From Camelus dromedarius (Eukaryota): a stretch of DNA of 64,000 nt. Both the position numbers and the translations under genes were made by a program. The notes below the pieces were generated by a model. That model was not told the origin of the DNA and searched no databases. It saw nothing but the letters and a program-made list of their open reading frames with translations. Shown here piece after piece: positions 49,370 to 61,263 of the stretch (position 1 is the stretch's first letter; every line of letters starts with the position of its first letter). The stretch spans positions 18,230,001 to 18,294,000 of the forward strand of contig NC_087436.1 of the NCBI RefSeq assembly GCF_036321535.1, in the 5' to 3' direction.

Positions 49370-50270
49370 GATGTTGTGAAATAATAGGAAACATATATAT
49401 ATATTGGTCTCTGCCCTCAGTTCCTGACACAGAGCTCCTAAAACTCTTGTAAAGGGAAGCACTCAGAAAATCTTTTGTTCTAATATTTTTAGTGCCAGAC
49501 ACAAAGCTCCCAGAAGCTCTGTAATCTCCTGAGTGATAGGATCGTCTGACACCGAGCTCTTAAGTCCCTTGGAATTTGGGGGTTGATAAGAACACCTTTT
49601 GGTTTAATGGAGCAACTTTGGGTGGGCTCCTTGGCTGGTCACCAGAGAGACCAAGTCATGACTAGAAGCTGAGAATTTTCAGGTCCACCCATCATTCTCT
49701 GGAGAGGGGAGAGAGGCTAGAAATGGAACCAATAATCTATCATGCCTACATGAAACCTTCATAAAAATCCCAAGAGTATGGGGTCTGGAGAGTTTCCAAG
49801 GGGATGAACATACCCACATACTGGGAGGTCTTCACAGGGACAAAAGCTCCTGTGCTCAGGACACTTCTGTACCTCGCCCTATGTATCTGACTGTTCGTTG
49901 GTATCCTTTATCAGATCCTTTATTATATCATAAGCTGGTAAATGGACTTCTGTGTTTCCCTGAGTTCTGTGAACCACTCAAGCAAATTCTCATATCCAAC
50001 ATGAGGGTTATCAGAATGCTGATTTCTAGCCAGGCAGTCAGATGTACCAGGGATGACCTAGGACTGGTGTCTGAAGTGAGGGGGTCTTGTAGGACCAAGT
50101 CCTTCACTTGTGGGATCAGCTGCTAACTCTAAGTAGATAGAAACGGAACTGAATCCAACTGTAGAACGCTCAGCTGGCATCGCAGAATTGGTTGGTGGAG
50201 GGGAAACCCCACACATTTGGTGACCAGAAGTGAAGTATTGTGTGTGAGAGTCCAGGAGACACAGAGGAGA
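49370..50270 (+). mobile_element. MER21-like solo LTR
   Basis: tgttgtgaaataataggaaacatatatatatattggtctctgccctcagttcctgacacagagctcctaaaa...ccccacacatttggtgaccagaagtg. Confidence 0.8.
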
Positions 50271-52200
50271 GACTGTCCTAGACAGATGGTCTCTGGTTTC
50301 TTTTAGCAATTTTAAATTAACTCCCGCAGCTGAAAAGGTTTATTATTTTAATTTCTCATTGCATTCCACATTGAACAGTAAGGTTTTTTTTCTTGGTTTT
50401 TTTTTTTTTTATAACGAATGAGGAAGAAAAATGTTTGCCTTCTGTGGTGACAGCAAAGAAAAAATTTGTATTTGTATCAGAGACTCCAGACTTAACTCAC
50501 AGGTTCTCAACAGAACTCTGCAAGAAGGAAACTGATGGGAAAAAGAGAACGTACCCAGAAGAACCCGTCAGAACCCTCAGCAGGGAGAGGAGGAGAGACA
50601 ATCTCAACACCACGGAACAGATGGAAACTACCGCACGCGACTGAAAAGAATCAAAAATTAGTCTCCATGCTGGTGTGAGAGGCGGTAACAAGAGAATGGT
50701 GATGCTCGGTAATTTCAGCAGTCAGCTCAGCTAAGACACTTCGGCAAAACAAGGTAATCTCTGCCCCATTGTTAATGGAAAATGATAGCTTCACCACAAT
50801 CCCAATTTTCCAACAGTATTCAAGGGGAGACTAGTTCTGACCACCTGATTTCTGTAACTGCTTTATTCAAACCTTGAAAGGACACGTGCAAAAGATTAGA
50901 GGATCTGCTCCCACACTCTTTCCTAAGAGAGGCCCCAGGAGCACAGAAAAGGGCGTTCACGGGAGAGTCAAACAAGAAATTAAAGTCTACTCTGGAAATG
51001 TTGGTCACTAAAATAACACTCATCTAATATATGGACGTTTTTCCCCACTAAATAAGGTATGCGCCGACAGGTCCCACGCCAACTGCAACTCCACTTAGGG
51101 GCAAATGCCCGCCAACAATTACAGAAGCCACAGTATCTCTCTGGAACAGGCCTGTTATTCCAATCATTGTGAAGACCATATAGATCCCTCCAAAGCCAGG
51201 GAGCAAACACAAGGTACTGGTCTAGGAGGTAACGATCCTTCTCCTATTTAAACACGCTCTTCTTCCACATTGCTCAAGGAGAGCCTCCACAAACTCCTTC
51301 AACCCACCCCCCGTCCCCGCGGACTCCGTTACCACCTATTAAGTCTCGACCTCTGAGGAAGCCCTCATCTGGTAAAAACACGTTGGTGTTCGAATTTCCA
51401 GCACCCTGGCTTCGGTTCTCTGGCGCGATCATGATACTAACTCGGGGTAATTTAAAACTTCATTCCATAATCACTTTATCTTTCTCCAATTCTCAGAGGA
51501 TTCTAGATTAAAATTGGCACTCTTCTGCTTTTTCCAGTCTCCGAGGCAAACAACATGAAACAATTGTCCTCCAGCTCGACTTTAATTTCTCTTTCCCCAC
51601 TTTGCCAAAAATGCCACAGGGAAGAAATCAAAACAACTAAGCGTTTGCTTGAGTTTTTGCCAAGAAAACTTTCCCTGACTTCCCTGATGGCACAAATTCC
51701 CTTTAAAAAAAAAAAAAAAATCCTCTTCCACGTGAAAACAAAAGTGAAAAGAACCATGTTTCTGCCTTTTCCAAAAGCCCGTTTTATATGGATAGTCCAA
51801 CTGGGCCTACCCATGGCCTCTTTCTGCAAACCCCCGGGAACCTTTACACTGGCTGGAGCAAGGACCTCACAAGAAGATAACATTTACAGCGATGTTCGGG
51901 CAGCAGTAACACAGGACCCAAAGGGACTGCTCTAAGTTTTCCAACAGATTAAACTATGGAATACATCCAAGGGAAAAAAATAAAAAGGAAATGAAAATAC
52001 AATTACAGCTACTGTCAGTGCACCTGTGAAAACCAATACGGCAGGTTTTAGCCAGTGGAACTGGGGTTTTGAATTTGAAATAAAGATCTCTATAATCTGG
52101 CAAGTTACTTAACGTGTCTCAACCTTCATTTCCATGACTATTAAATACCAAACGTCGGAGTATTTCGGGAGACTACGGTGATTAAACACCATGTGTCAAA

Positions 52201-52278
52201 ACTGACACATTGTAATTGACCGTTCTTCAATAAATAAATAAATAGTAAACCAGAAAAAATATATAAATAAATAAAAAA
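52201..52278 (+). mobile_element. Minimal L1 3' insertion (about 30 nt plus A-rich tail)
   Basis: Perfect 18-bp TSD taaacaccatgtgtcaaa at 52183-52200 and 52279-52296. Confidence 0.85.
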
Positions 52279-52936
52279 TAAACACCATGTGTCAAATATA
52301 AAAACCGAGGTGTATAATAGAAAGAAAATAAGAAAACTTCAAATGAGTATGACTCACACAAGATTTAATCCCATATTGAATTTCTCCCAACTATAAGCCT
52401 TTTTCATTTAGCATTTTATCACATATAATTCACTCTCTATCAAATACTGTGTGGGTGTCTGGCTCACAATAGTCCTTCTGCCTGCAATTTCCATCTAAAT
52501 ATCTTTCTATGGGAAGCCATTTCCAACCTGCTAATCTCTCCAAATCTGCTAATCTCCCCAACAATCTGCAAGTTAAGTCCTTCTGTGTTCCCACAGCATT
52601 TTGGTGATTATATATATTACACTACAGTGAGAGGCGTATCTGCCCCAAGACTTGCTAGAAACCTGGCTTCCGGGGGCGGAAATCCTGTCGTGGCCGATAT
52701 ATTCATTACCTACCAGTGACTAGCACACAGTAGGCAATGAATGAATGAATGAATATATTAATTGTCCCTTTTTTCATCTTCTAAAACCAGGGGGGAAAAC
52801 CCAAACACCTCCTAAAGTGATTTTCATTTTTAACACAGACTACAGCAACATAAAGATAAATTTTTCATGTGGACATTTGAGTTTATACCCGCTACCAGCC
52901 ACCAAAGGGCTTCTATCGCCTCTACACAATACTCAC

Positions 52937-52995
52937 TGGCTGGAACAATGAAATCACCATGTAACTCATAGGTCATAAGCGGCTCAGGAAGACTC
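52937..52995 (-). CDS. ARHGAP10: ARHGAP10 internal coding exon (59 nt): (R)SLPEPLMTYELHGDFIVPA(K)
   Basis: tttttcctacag|GAGTCTTCCT...CCAGCCA|gtgagt. Carries the LPEPL RhoGAP motif; embedded in ORF 52830..53204. Confidence 0.96.
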
Positions 52996-53899
52996 CTGTA
53001 GGAAAAAGACAGCTGAGAATTACTGAACAAATACGAACAGGGCATCTCTCTCACGTTCATTTTTGATAAAAGGATATGAAATATGTCGTGCATTTCTTGG
53101 TTAATGTGCAGAACTTCCCTAGGAGATACATTTTTACATATCAAAGAAGATACATCATTCAAATGAACCCCTTTAGTAAGTGTTATCTGCACCAGGCGTA
53201 TCAAAGCTTAAGCAGCTATCAATCCCTGTCTAGCAAATAGCATTTCACATTTAATCTTGGAAAGTACCTTTACAAACATCTGATTTCATATCCAAAACTT
53301 CCTTCCACATATTATTTAGAGTCAAACATTCTATCCAGCCAATATAATATACATAATATAAGCATTATATTAATATATGTTATAATACTATAAGCATACA
53401 ATTTTGAAAATCATCTCTGGGATATTAATTGGAGATGCCAAAAAAATATAGAAAAGAGTAAACATATTTAAAGAAATCAAATCTTCTCCTCTTACAACTC
53501 TATTATAAAAATACAATATCCAATTTTGAATCATGCCTATGAAACAATAGAGATATGAAATAAAATTGATAGTAACTTTAAAAACACTCACATCCTTTTA
53601 ATTTTCTACAAAACAGATTACATAAATAGTAGATTTTATCCTACAGTCAACAGAATGTTACAGTTCAGTCAACATTTATACATATTAAGTTTTAAAAAGA
53701 CCAGATCCGCAAACTCCAAACATGTAAAGAACACTAAGACAAGTAGCAACCTGTACAGCCTTTCTTGAGGGCAGTTTGGCAAGATAAAAGATAAACACTT
53801 TTAAAAGGTTTAAATCATGAAGCCCAGAAATTCCTCTTCAAATGCTTAAAAAAAAAAAAAAAACAAAGATACACACAAAAGAATATTAAAAACATATGC

Positions 53900-56580
53900 A
53901 AAAGCCAAGAAAAATGCCAGGGATAAAGGAGGTCATTTCATACTGATAAAGAAGTCAATTCATCAAGAAGGTGTAACAGTCCTACATATTTATGGGTCTA
54001 GTAACACGGTCTTCAAAATACACGAAACAAAAATTGATGGAACTGTGAGGAGAAATCCGTAACTATGGCTGTAGACGTAAATACCTCGGTGTCTCGGTAA
54101 CTGACAAAACAAATGGACGCAAAGTTAGGGTACGGAAGATCTGAACAAAGCCCTCAACCAACTTCACCTAATTGGTAAGTCCTTCATCTAACTGACACTC
54201 CATCCAAAAGCAACAGAAAACACATTCCTACAGTGGGCGTGAAACATTTATTGAGATAAAGATATTTTGGACCATGAAACAGATCTCAATAAATTTAAAA
54301 GGGTTCAATTTATACAGGACATTTCTCTGATTACAATAAAAACTGAATTAAAAATTAGTAACAGAAAGATAACTGGAAAACCTGAAAGGAAGGGAAAGCA
54401 GGAAGTATCTTGAACTGAATAGAAATGAAAATACAACATATCAGAATTTAAGGGATATCAGTAAAACAACAATTAGGGGTAAATTTATACCACTAAGTAC
54501 CCATCTTAGAAAAATAGGTCTTAAACTTTTTACCCTAAACAGCCAAAAAGGGAGTAAGTTAAACCCAAAATAAGCAGAAAAAAACAGAAACAAGTATCAG
54601 ATCAGAAAACAATTAAACAGAAAACAAAATAAAACAAAAAAATAGAGAAAACAAGTGAATCCAAAAACTGATTCTTCAAAATAATCAATAAAGTTGGTAA
54701 GTCTAGCCAGAGTATTTAGGAAATAAAAGAGAGAGAACACAAATTACCAACGTCAGGAATAATAAAGGTGACTGAAGAATCTCTGCAGGCTCTAAAGGTA
54801 TTAATAAGAAAACATTATGAACAATCTCATGCCCACAAATTCAACAGTTTAGATGAAATGGACATACGTTTTGAAAGACACAAACTGCCAAAGCTCACTT
54901 CAGAAGAAAGAGGTAACCTGAGTAGTCCCATTATCTATTACAGAAAATGCATATGTACTTAAAAGTCGCACCAGTAAGGAAACTCTAGGCCCAGATGACC
55001 TCACTGGCAAATTCTACCAAACAATTAAAGAAGAAATAATACCAATTCTATGCAAGTCCTTTCAAAAAAAATATCAGGGAACACTTTCTAACTCACTCTG
55101 ATGTCAGCATTACCCTAGTATCAAAATTAAAGACATTACAAGAAAACTACTGACCAATCTGACTCACGAATGTCAATGCAACTATTCTAAATAAAATGTT
55201 AGCATCTGGAATCCAACAAGGTAAGTGAGAGGATAATACATCACGACTAAGTTGGGTTTAATCAGAGAAATGTAACACTGCCTTCATCTTAAAATAAGAT
55301 CAATTCAACTCACTACACTAGCAAGCTAAAAACGAAAAATTGTAAAATCATCTCAATATACAATTCAGGGGAGAAAGGATATACTTTCCTACAAATGGTA
55401 CTACAACAACTGGACATCCATATCAAAAGTGAACTTGGATCCATTCTTCACATCTTACACAAAACTAACTCAAAATAGACCACAGATCTAAGTGTAAAAC
55501 CTAAAACTACATAACTTCTATAATAAAACATAAGAGAAAATCTCTATGACTTTGGATTAGGCAGAAGGATAGTCCATAAAGTACAGTCCCTATAAACTGA
55601 CAAAATGGACTTCATCAAAACTTTTAAATGTCCTTTGAAAGGCACTATTAACAGAATGAGAAGACAAGCCACAGACTGAAGAGAACTTTTAAAAAGCACG
55701 TATCTAGGAGGGGAGGGTATAGCTCAAGTGGTAGAGCACATGCTTAGCATGCACGAGGTCCCGGGTTCAATCTCTAGTACCTCTGTTAAAAATAAATAAA
55801 TCTAATTACCTTCCCCACCCAACCAAAAGATAATAAAGTAGTACAATAATAAATAAAATATTTTTTAATTAAATTAAAAATAAATAAATAAAAAGCACGT
55901 ATCTAAGCCCTTGTATCCAAAATATTAAGACTTGGCAAGGGTAGAGAGGAAATAGAACTCTTGCACATTGTTAGTGGGAATGTAAAGAAATATAACTCCT
56001 TTGAAAAAAATTTGTCAGTCTCCCAAAAAGTTAAACATACACCTACCATGTGATCTGGGCATTATAATCCCAGGATTTACCCAAGAGAAATGAAAGCCTT
56101 TGTTCAAAGGTTTGTACACAAAGGTTTCTAGTAGCTTTATTTGTAATAGCCAAAAGCTACTGATAACCAAAATGTCCATTAACAGGTAAATGGATACAAA
56201 AGAAAGTTCTGGTATATCCATAAAATGGAACACTTGTTAGCATTAACAAAAAATGAACTATGGGTATTTGCTACAACATGGGTGAATCTCTGATTATGCT
56301 GAGTGAAAGAATCCAGATTTTTAAAATTACAGGAAACACAAATTAACGTATACTGACAGAAAGCAGACCAGAGGTTTGTCCAGGGATGAGGGAATGAGAA
56401 GGGAAGAGTGAGAGAGAGTTCAAAGGGGCTCAAGGAAACTTTAGGGGAGATGGGTAGGTTCACCGTCTTGATGATGGTGATGGCTTCAGAGATATATGCA
56501 TGCATCAAACTTATCAAAATATATGCTGTCAATATATGCAGTTTATTGTATGTCAATTACACTTTAATAAAAATTATTTA
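53900..56580 (+). mobile_element. Decayed LINE-1 (ORF2 fragments plus 3' UTR, L1MB/MC-like)
   Basis: ORF 54768..54962 (FNSLDEMDIRFERHKLPKLT), cactggcaaattctaccaaaca, and 3' end tttattgtatgtcaattacactttaataaaa. Confidence 0.88.
55707..55888 (+). mobile_element. tRNA-Ala-derived SINE nested in L1
   Basis: Perfect 17-bp TSD taaaaagcacgtatcta at 55690-55706 and 55889-55905. Confidence 0.92.
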
Positions 56581-56623
56581 ACAAAATAGTTGCAAAAATA
56601 TATCTACAGTCCCCACATATAGT

Positions 56624-56900
56624 TTTTTAATTGAATAAATTTCACTTGGAACATTGTGTAAGTTGAAGGTGTACAGCGTGTTATTTTAATACATTTACAT
56701 ATTGTGGCAGATATGACCACAGATGTAGCAATATTCATCACAAATGTATATATATAATTATAGTACACTACTATTGTCTACATTCATTATGCTGTGCATT
56801 CGATCTCTGTGGTCTATTTACTACTCATTACACGTTTGTACCCTTAAACACCATCAATCTTATTCCTCCACCATCCCCTAGTGGCTGTCATTTTATCTTA
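56624..56900 (-). mobile_element. L1MA-like 3' end
   Basis: ttttttaattgaataaat...aacattgtgtaagttgaaggtgtacagcgtgttatt...gtttgtaccctta. Confidence 0.7.
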
Positions 56901-56924
56901 CATACAATCTATGATGCTGCAGGA

Positions 56925-56942
56925 CACACACACACACACACA
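56925..56942. repeat. (CA)n microsatellite
   Basis: About nine CA units read directly. Confidence 0.85.
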
Positions 56943-58799
56943 ATAACAACTGTAGGCCCTGAAACTAAAACTTAAAGCACTAGTCAAGACAAACTGTTCT
57001 CTTACTTCCTTTCTCTCCCTTCTTCATCCCCTACAGTCTCATTTAAAGCAAAATAAAATGAATTTCACCACAGCCTAAATAAAGAAAAAGAAGGGGCAAT
57101 CAGAAGCAAGCCTCTGGTTTTGTTTCAAAATATGGACAAGCAGGAAGGAGCAATAAAGATGAAAATGCTAACCTGTCAGAGAACGAAAGTTCAAGTTCTG
57201 AAAAGAAAGGGGAGGAACGGGGGGGGGATGAGAACAACCAGAAACCCCATAGAGAGAATTTTCTTTTCCAATAAAAATAAATTTGTATCTAAGTGTCTTC
57301 TACATGCTACTTATACCATTGCTGTATGTCCATCCAGGCAATGCAGCATGAAAAAATAAGTATTCAGTACTTTTAATATTAGGGAAGCAATAATAAAAAT
57401 GATGAGTTCCCCAAATAAAATTTATTATACTGAGTCACCGTATCTGTCAACTTCCCACCCAACATGAGCTGCCTCTCTGGACCACTAGTCAGGATCTGTC
57501 TGGGGATATAAAGTGTAATATTTACTAAGTCAGTATTTTCTTCCCCCAGAAGTCCCATTCCTATTTCCAGTCTTTAAACATTTCTTCCAGGTAAAATCAT
57601 TTTACTACAAACCTCACAAAATAGCTCATTTGTCCCCTCACAATGGCAAAACATTGAAATGAACACATTACTGGAAAATAAAATTATGGTCTGAATAGCT
57701 AGGAAATCAACCATAGGGCTGGTAGTCAGCCGTCTAAAGCAGAACTAGTTAAAAAAAAAAAAGTCTCAAATCAGTAGAAGAAAAAGAGAGATGCCACACA
57801 TACATCTACTGCACATATTTTTCCATCTCCCAGACCCCTGAGGTTTTGCTTCTTGTTTTAGTTTAGTGTTTGGTGGGGGTGGGGAGGAGGCCTCTTTCTC
57901 GTCTTCCACCTCCAACCTCCCATCCAGGATTCGCAGAGAAAAGAAGTCAAGGGCAATAGTTTCTCTGCTGAGGACAGCTACAGTCAGCTTCGGGCTGTGG
58001 TGCTGGAAGAGACAGAGCTGGGAATCCAAGGCAGGCAGGCTGGCGCCGGGGCACGTCCTCGGGGCCATCACACTCTGTTACCTCTCACGCTCAAAGAAAG
58101 ACGTTTGCTCGGCCATGACCAGGTAGCCACGATGAAGGTACATAAAAACTCAATTTTCTCCTATTTGGTGCATGCCCCAGAAAAAGTGTATCAGTTACAT
58201 CCTAACTGCATTCTCACTGGATAAAAAATAACATAGGGGAAACAAACAGCAACCTAACTTTCCCGTCTCCCGAGGCACCTGCCGTTTTATGATAATCACT
58301 TTATCACATTCAGGCAGAACGTGTATACTGTCAGGAGAGAAGTTACATAAGAACAGCATCTCATCACGTGCTTCTGTAGGCACTGTCTGCTTAAAAGCGG
58401 ACTTCAATAGGATGAAGCAACGTGATGAGAGAAAAAGACAGAAAAAAAACAACACAAGACCAGGGGCAATAAGGAGCTAACTTCAGAAAGCGTCAAGAAC
58501 CAAGAATTGTATGTATTGAATAAAAAGACTCTCTAGTCTATTAAACTAATTCCCCCAACAGGGGAGAAAAGAACCATGAGAAGCAGGAGGGGGGGCGGAA
58601 TGCAATTTACTACAAAAGAACTGGATTTTTGCCCTTCATTTCCCACCAATAACCAAATCATCTTGGTCAATCCGTTTAACTGAACCAGGCATGTTTACCA
58701 ACAGTAAATTGGGTTTAAGGCTACCTTCCAGAGAGGCAGCATGCGTTGTTGGTCAAGTTAACATGTGCAATTCACCCATTCTTTCCTTCATCCATCTAG

Positions 58800-59026
58800 T
58801 ACAGATCTTAATCTTGGCAATACTAATACTTTGCACATTTGGAGACAAGAGAGGGCCGTCTTGTGCATTGCGGGATGGTCAGCAGCCCATCCTGGCCTCC
58901 ACCCATTGGATGCCAGCAGCATCCCCTCTTCAGCAATCCTGCAAACCAAAACTGTCTCCAGATATTGCCAAATAGCCCCTATTTGGGGTGGGGGGCCCAA
59001 AATTGTCCCCAGTTCAGAACCACTCT
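58800..59026. mobile_element. MER20-like hAT-Charlie MITE
   Basis: tcttgtgcattgcgggatggtcagcagc...aaccaaaactgtctccagatattgccaaat...agttcagaaccact. Confidence 0.8.
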
Positions 59027-59257
59027 CGTATTTGAGTGACAGGGGCAGCTCTAGGTGCTGGGGATACCGCAGTGAACAAACCACATAAATTGTCAATCTT
59101 CAGGAAGCTTACATTCCAATCCCAGGGTGGGAGCTAACAGATTATTACCAAAATCCTCATCTAAACCAGTTCATCACCACCAGAGGCAAGACAGACATGA
59201 CCACATGGCCTTAGCCTTAATTTTACCCCTTTATAGAACAGGGATAATGATAATGTA

Positions 59258-59442
59258 CCATCATCCCTCAGTATAGGTAGGAGATTGGTTCTAGGACCTG
59301 ATACCAAAATCTGTGGATGCTCAAGTTCTATCGTCAGCCCTCCATATCCACAGATTCAACCAAATGTGGATCCTAAACATTCTACATCATCTGCTGTTGG
59401 CTGAAGCAGCAAATGTGAGACCAACCTCTGGATACGGTGGCT
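59258..59442. mobile_element. TcMar-Tigger MITE remnant (MER2/MER8-like)
   Basis: gattggttctaggacc...ataccaaaatctgtggatgctcaagt...cacagattcaaccaa. Confidence 0.65.
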
Positions 59443-59760
59443 CAAAACATCATGTTTAAATAACATACTGGAAAATAGGTAATACACAGCTGAAGTCATC
59501 GATAAATTAGAATTTCATTAAAAAGTGGGACAACCAGACAATACAGGACTCTTGATGTAATATCACAACAAGATGTATAAAGCACGGCTAGGATGTATTT
59601 TTGCAACGAATAAATGTCTAAACTGAATCTAATGAAGCCTACAGATTTAACTCTTCATTGAGGGAAACATGATAGATAACAGAGACACCAGTCAGCAACA
59701 CCACGAGGATACCATCAGCCATCTCTACAATGCAGAAAATTCTGTTTTAAAAAAATGACT

Positions 59761-59912
59761 GAGGTGGGGGGAGGGTACAGCTCAAGTGGTAGAGCGCATG
59801 CTTAGCATACATGAGGCCCTGGGTTCAATCCCCAGCACCTCCATTTAAAAAATAATTAAAGAAAAAAAACCTAATTACCTCCAACCCTCCCCCTGAAAAA
59901 AATCTAAAAATT
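59761..59912 (+). mobile_element. tRNA-Ala-derived SINE (Vic-1 type)
   Basis: Head ggggggagggtacagctcaagtggtagagc; TSD aaaaaatgact at 59750-59760 and 59913-59923. Confidence 0.9.
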
Positions 59913-61175
59913 AAAAAATGACTCAGGTTCATCAAATTAAGTGCTAGGGGCGTGAGGAATGTGGGTAGAGGCAGGGGGTCACACGGATTAAAAACGACTT
60001 GAAACCTATCAACCAAATGTGTCCACACTGTTGAAGTCCTCCAGGATTTAAAATAAATATAAAATAACTATTTTGAAAAAAACAATAAAAATGGAACACA
60101 GGAGGAGTCCTGGATCACATGAATTTTGTTAGGTAAGGTAATTACATTCTTTCTGTCTTCATGATAGCATCCTTTTTTTTTTTTTAGTCCTTATTTTTTT
60201 TTGAGATATACATTCAAGAATTTATGAATGCAGCAATATGATGTCTCAGAAAATCTTTAAAGTCTTATCCCAAAAAAGTGGCAGGAAGGAGACCCATGGA
60301 ACAAGAAGGGTCAAAAGTGGAAAACTGAAGAAGGAAAATAATGGGCCATGAGGATTCATTATACCCCTCTCTCTGTTTACATATATTTGAAAATTTTTTA
60401 AATATGTGTGTTTTTAAATATAAAATATGTAATAGAAGTTGATTCTAATGTGTTTGTTGGAACCGGAATAATATTCACCAGAAAGACAACACTGCGTGTT
60501 GGTTAAAAAGAAATGATGCTGCGGGGTGGGGGGGAGGGCCCTCCCATTTGTTTGCCAGACAAAAATCACTGTCCCCAACAGAACCACAGCGTAAGGACCA
60601 CGATCGTGACTGTTTCCCATCCCTTTATTCTGTGTACCTATTTCTCATCTAAACTCAAGCTATGTCATCATTAAATTTCTTTCTTTTTTAAAGAGAAATG
60701 CCGAGCCTTTTCTAATTCTCGTCCTAGACATCTTCTATAGCAAATGTAAAACTTTAAAGTTTATCTTCCTAAAAAAAAACCTCATCCAGGACACTTGTTT
60801 TCAAATAGCTTTGTGTCTGTGTGTCATCATTATAAGCCTTTAAGTTCAAACAGTTTAAATTTAAACTAAAACACCTCTATTTTAACCTAAAACAGCCTTC
60901 CTTCCTCACCATCTCAGAGTATTTAATTCCGAAAACTCACATTCCCCCATAGACTCTATTTCACAACCCAAGTCTATTCCAGTTCTGTTCTGTTGCAATT
61001 TATCGACCAACGGATGTTCACTGACTATGTACCACGCTTGCTGGGACATCAGTAGATACCTCATCAACATTCTCCTTTCTCGTAAGCTTCCGAGCTGTAC
61101 GTGCAGAGCCGGCACTGCTTGTGTGTCAGACACGCAAACAGCCCACTCTTCCCTCCGCCACTGAGAGGAGCTCAC

Positions 61176-61263
61176 CTCAAATACTGCTTCAGGGCACTGG
61201 TGATTGTCTTCACTTCCCAATCTACAGAATTCTCCAGGTCCACCTCATTGCAGGTCTTCACAT
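61176..61263 (-). CDS. ARHGAP10: ARHGAP10 internal coding exon (88 nt), RhoGAP domain: (D)VKTCNEVDLENSVDWEVKTITSALKQYL(R)
   Basis: Reverse complement reads ctag|ATGTGAAGACC...CAGTATTTGAG|gtgag. The peptide matches GRAF-family RhoGAP, and its phase-2 end fits the next exon. Not in the ORF track. Confidence 0.95.
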
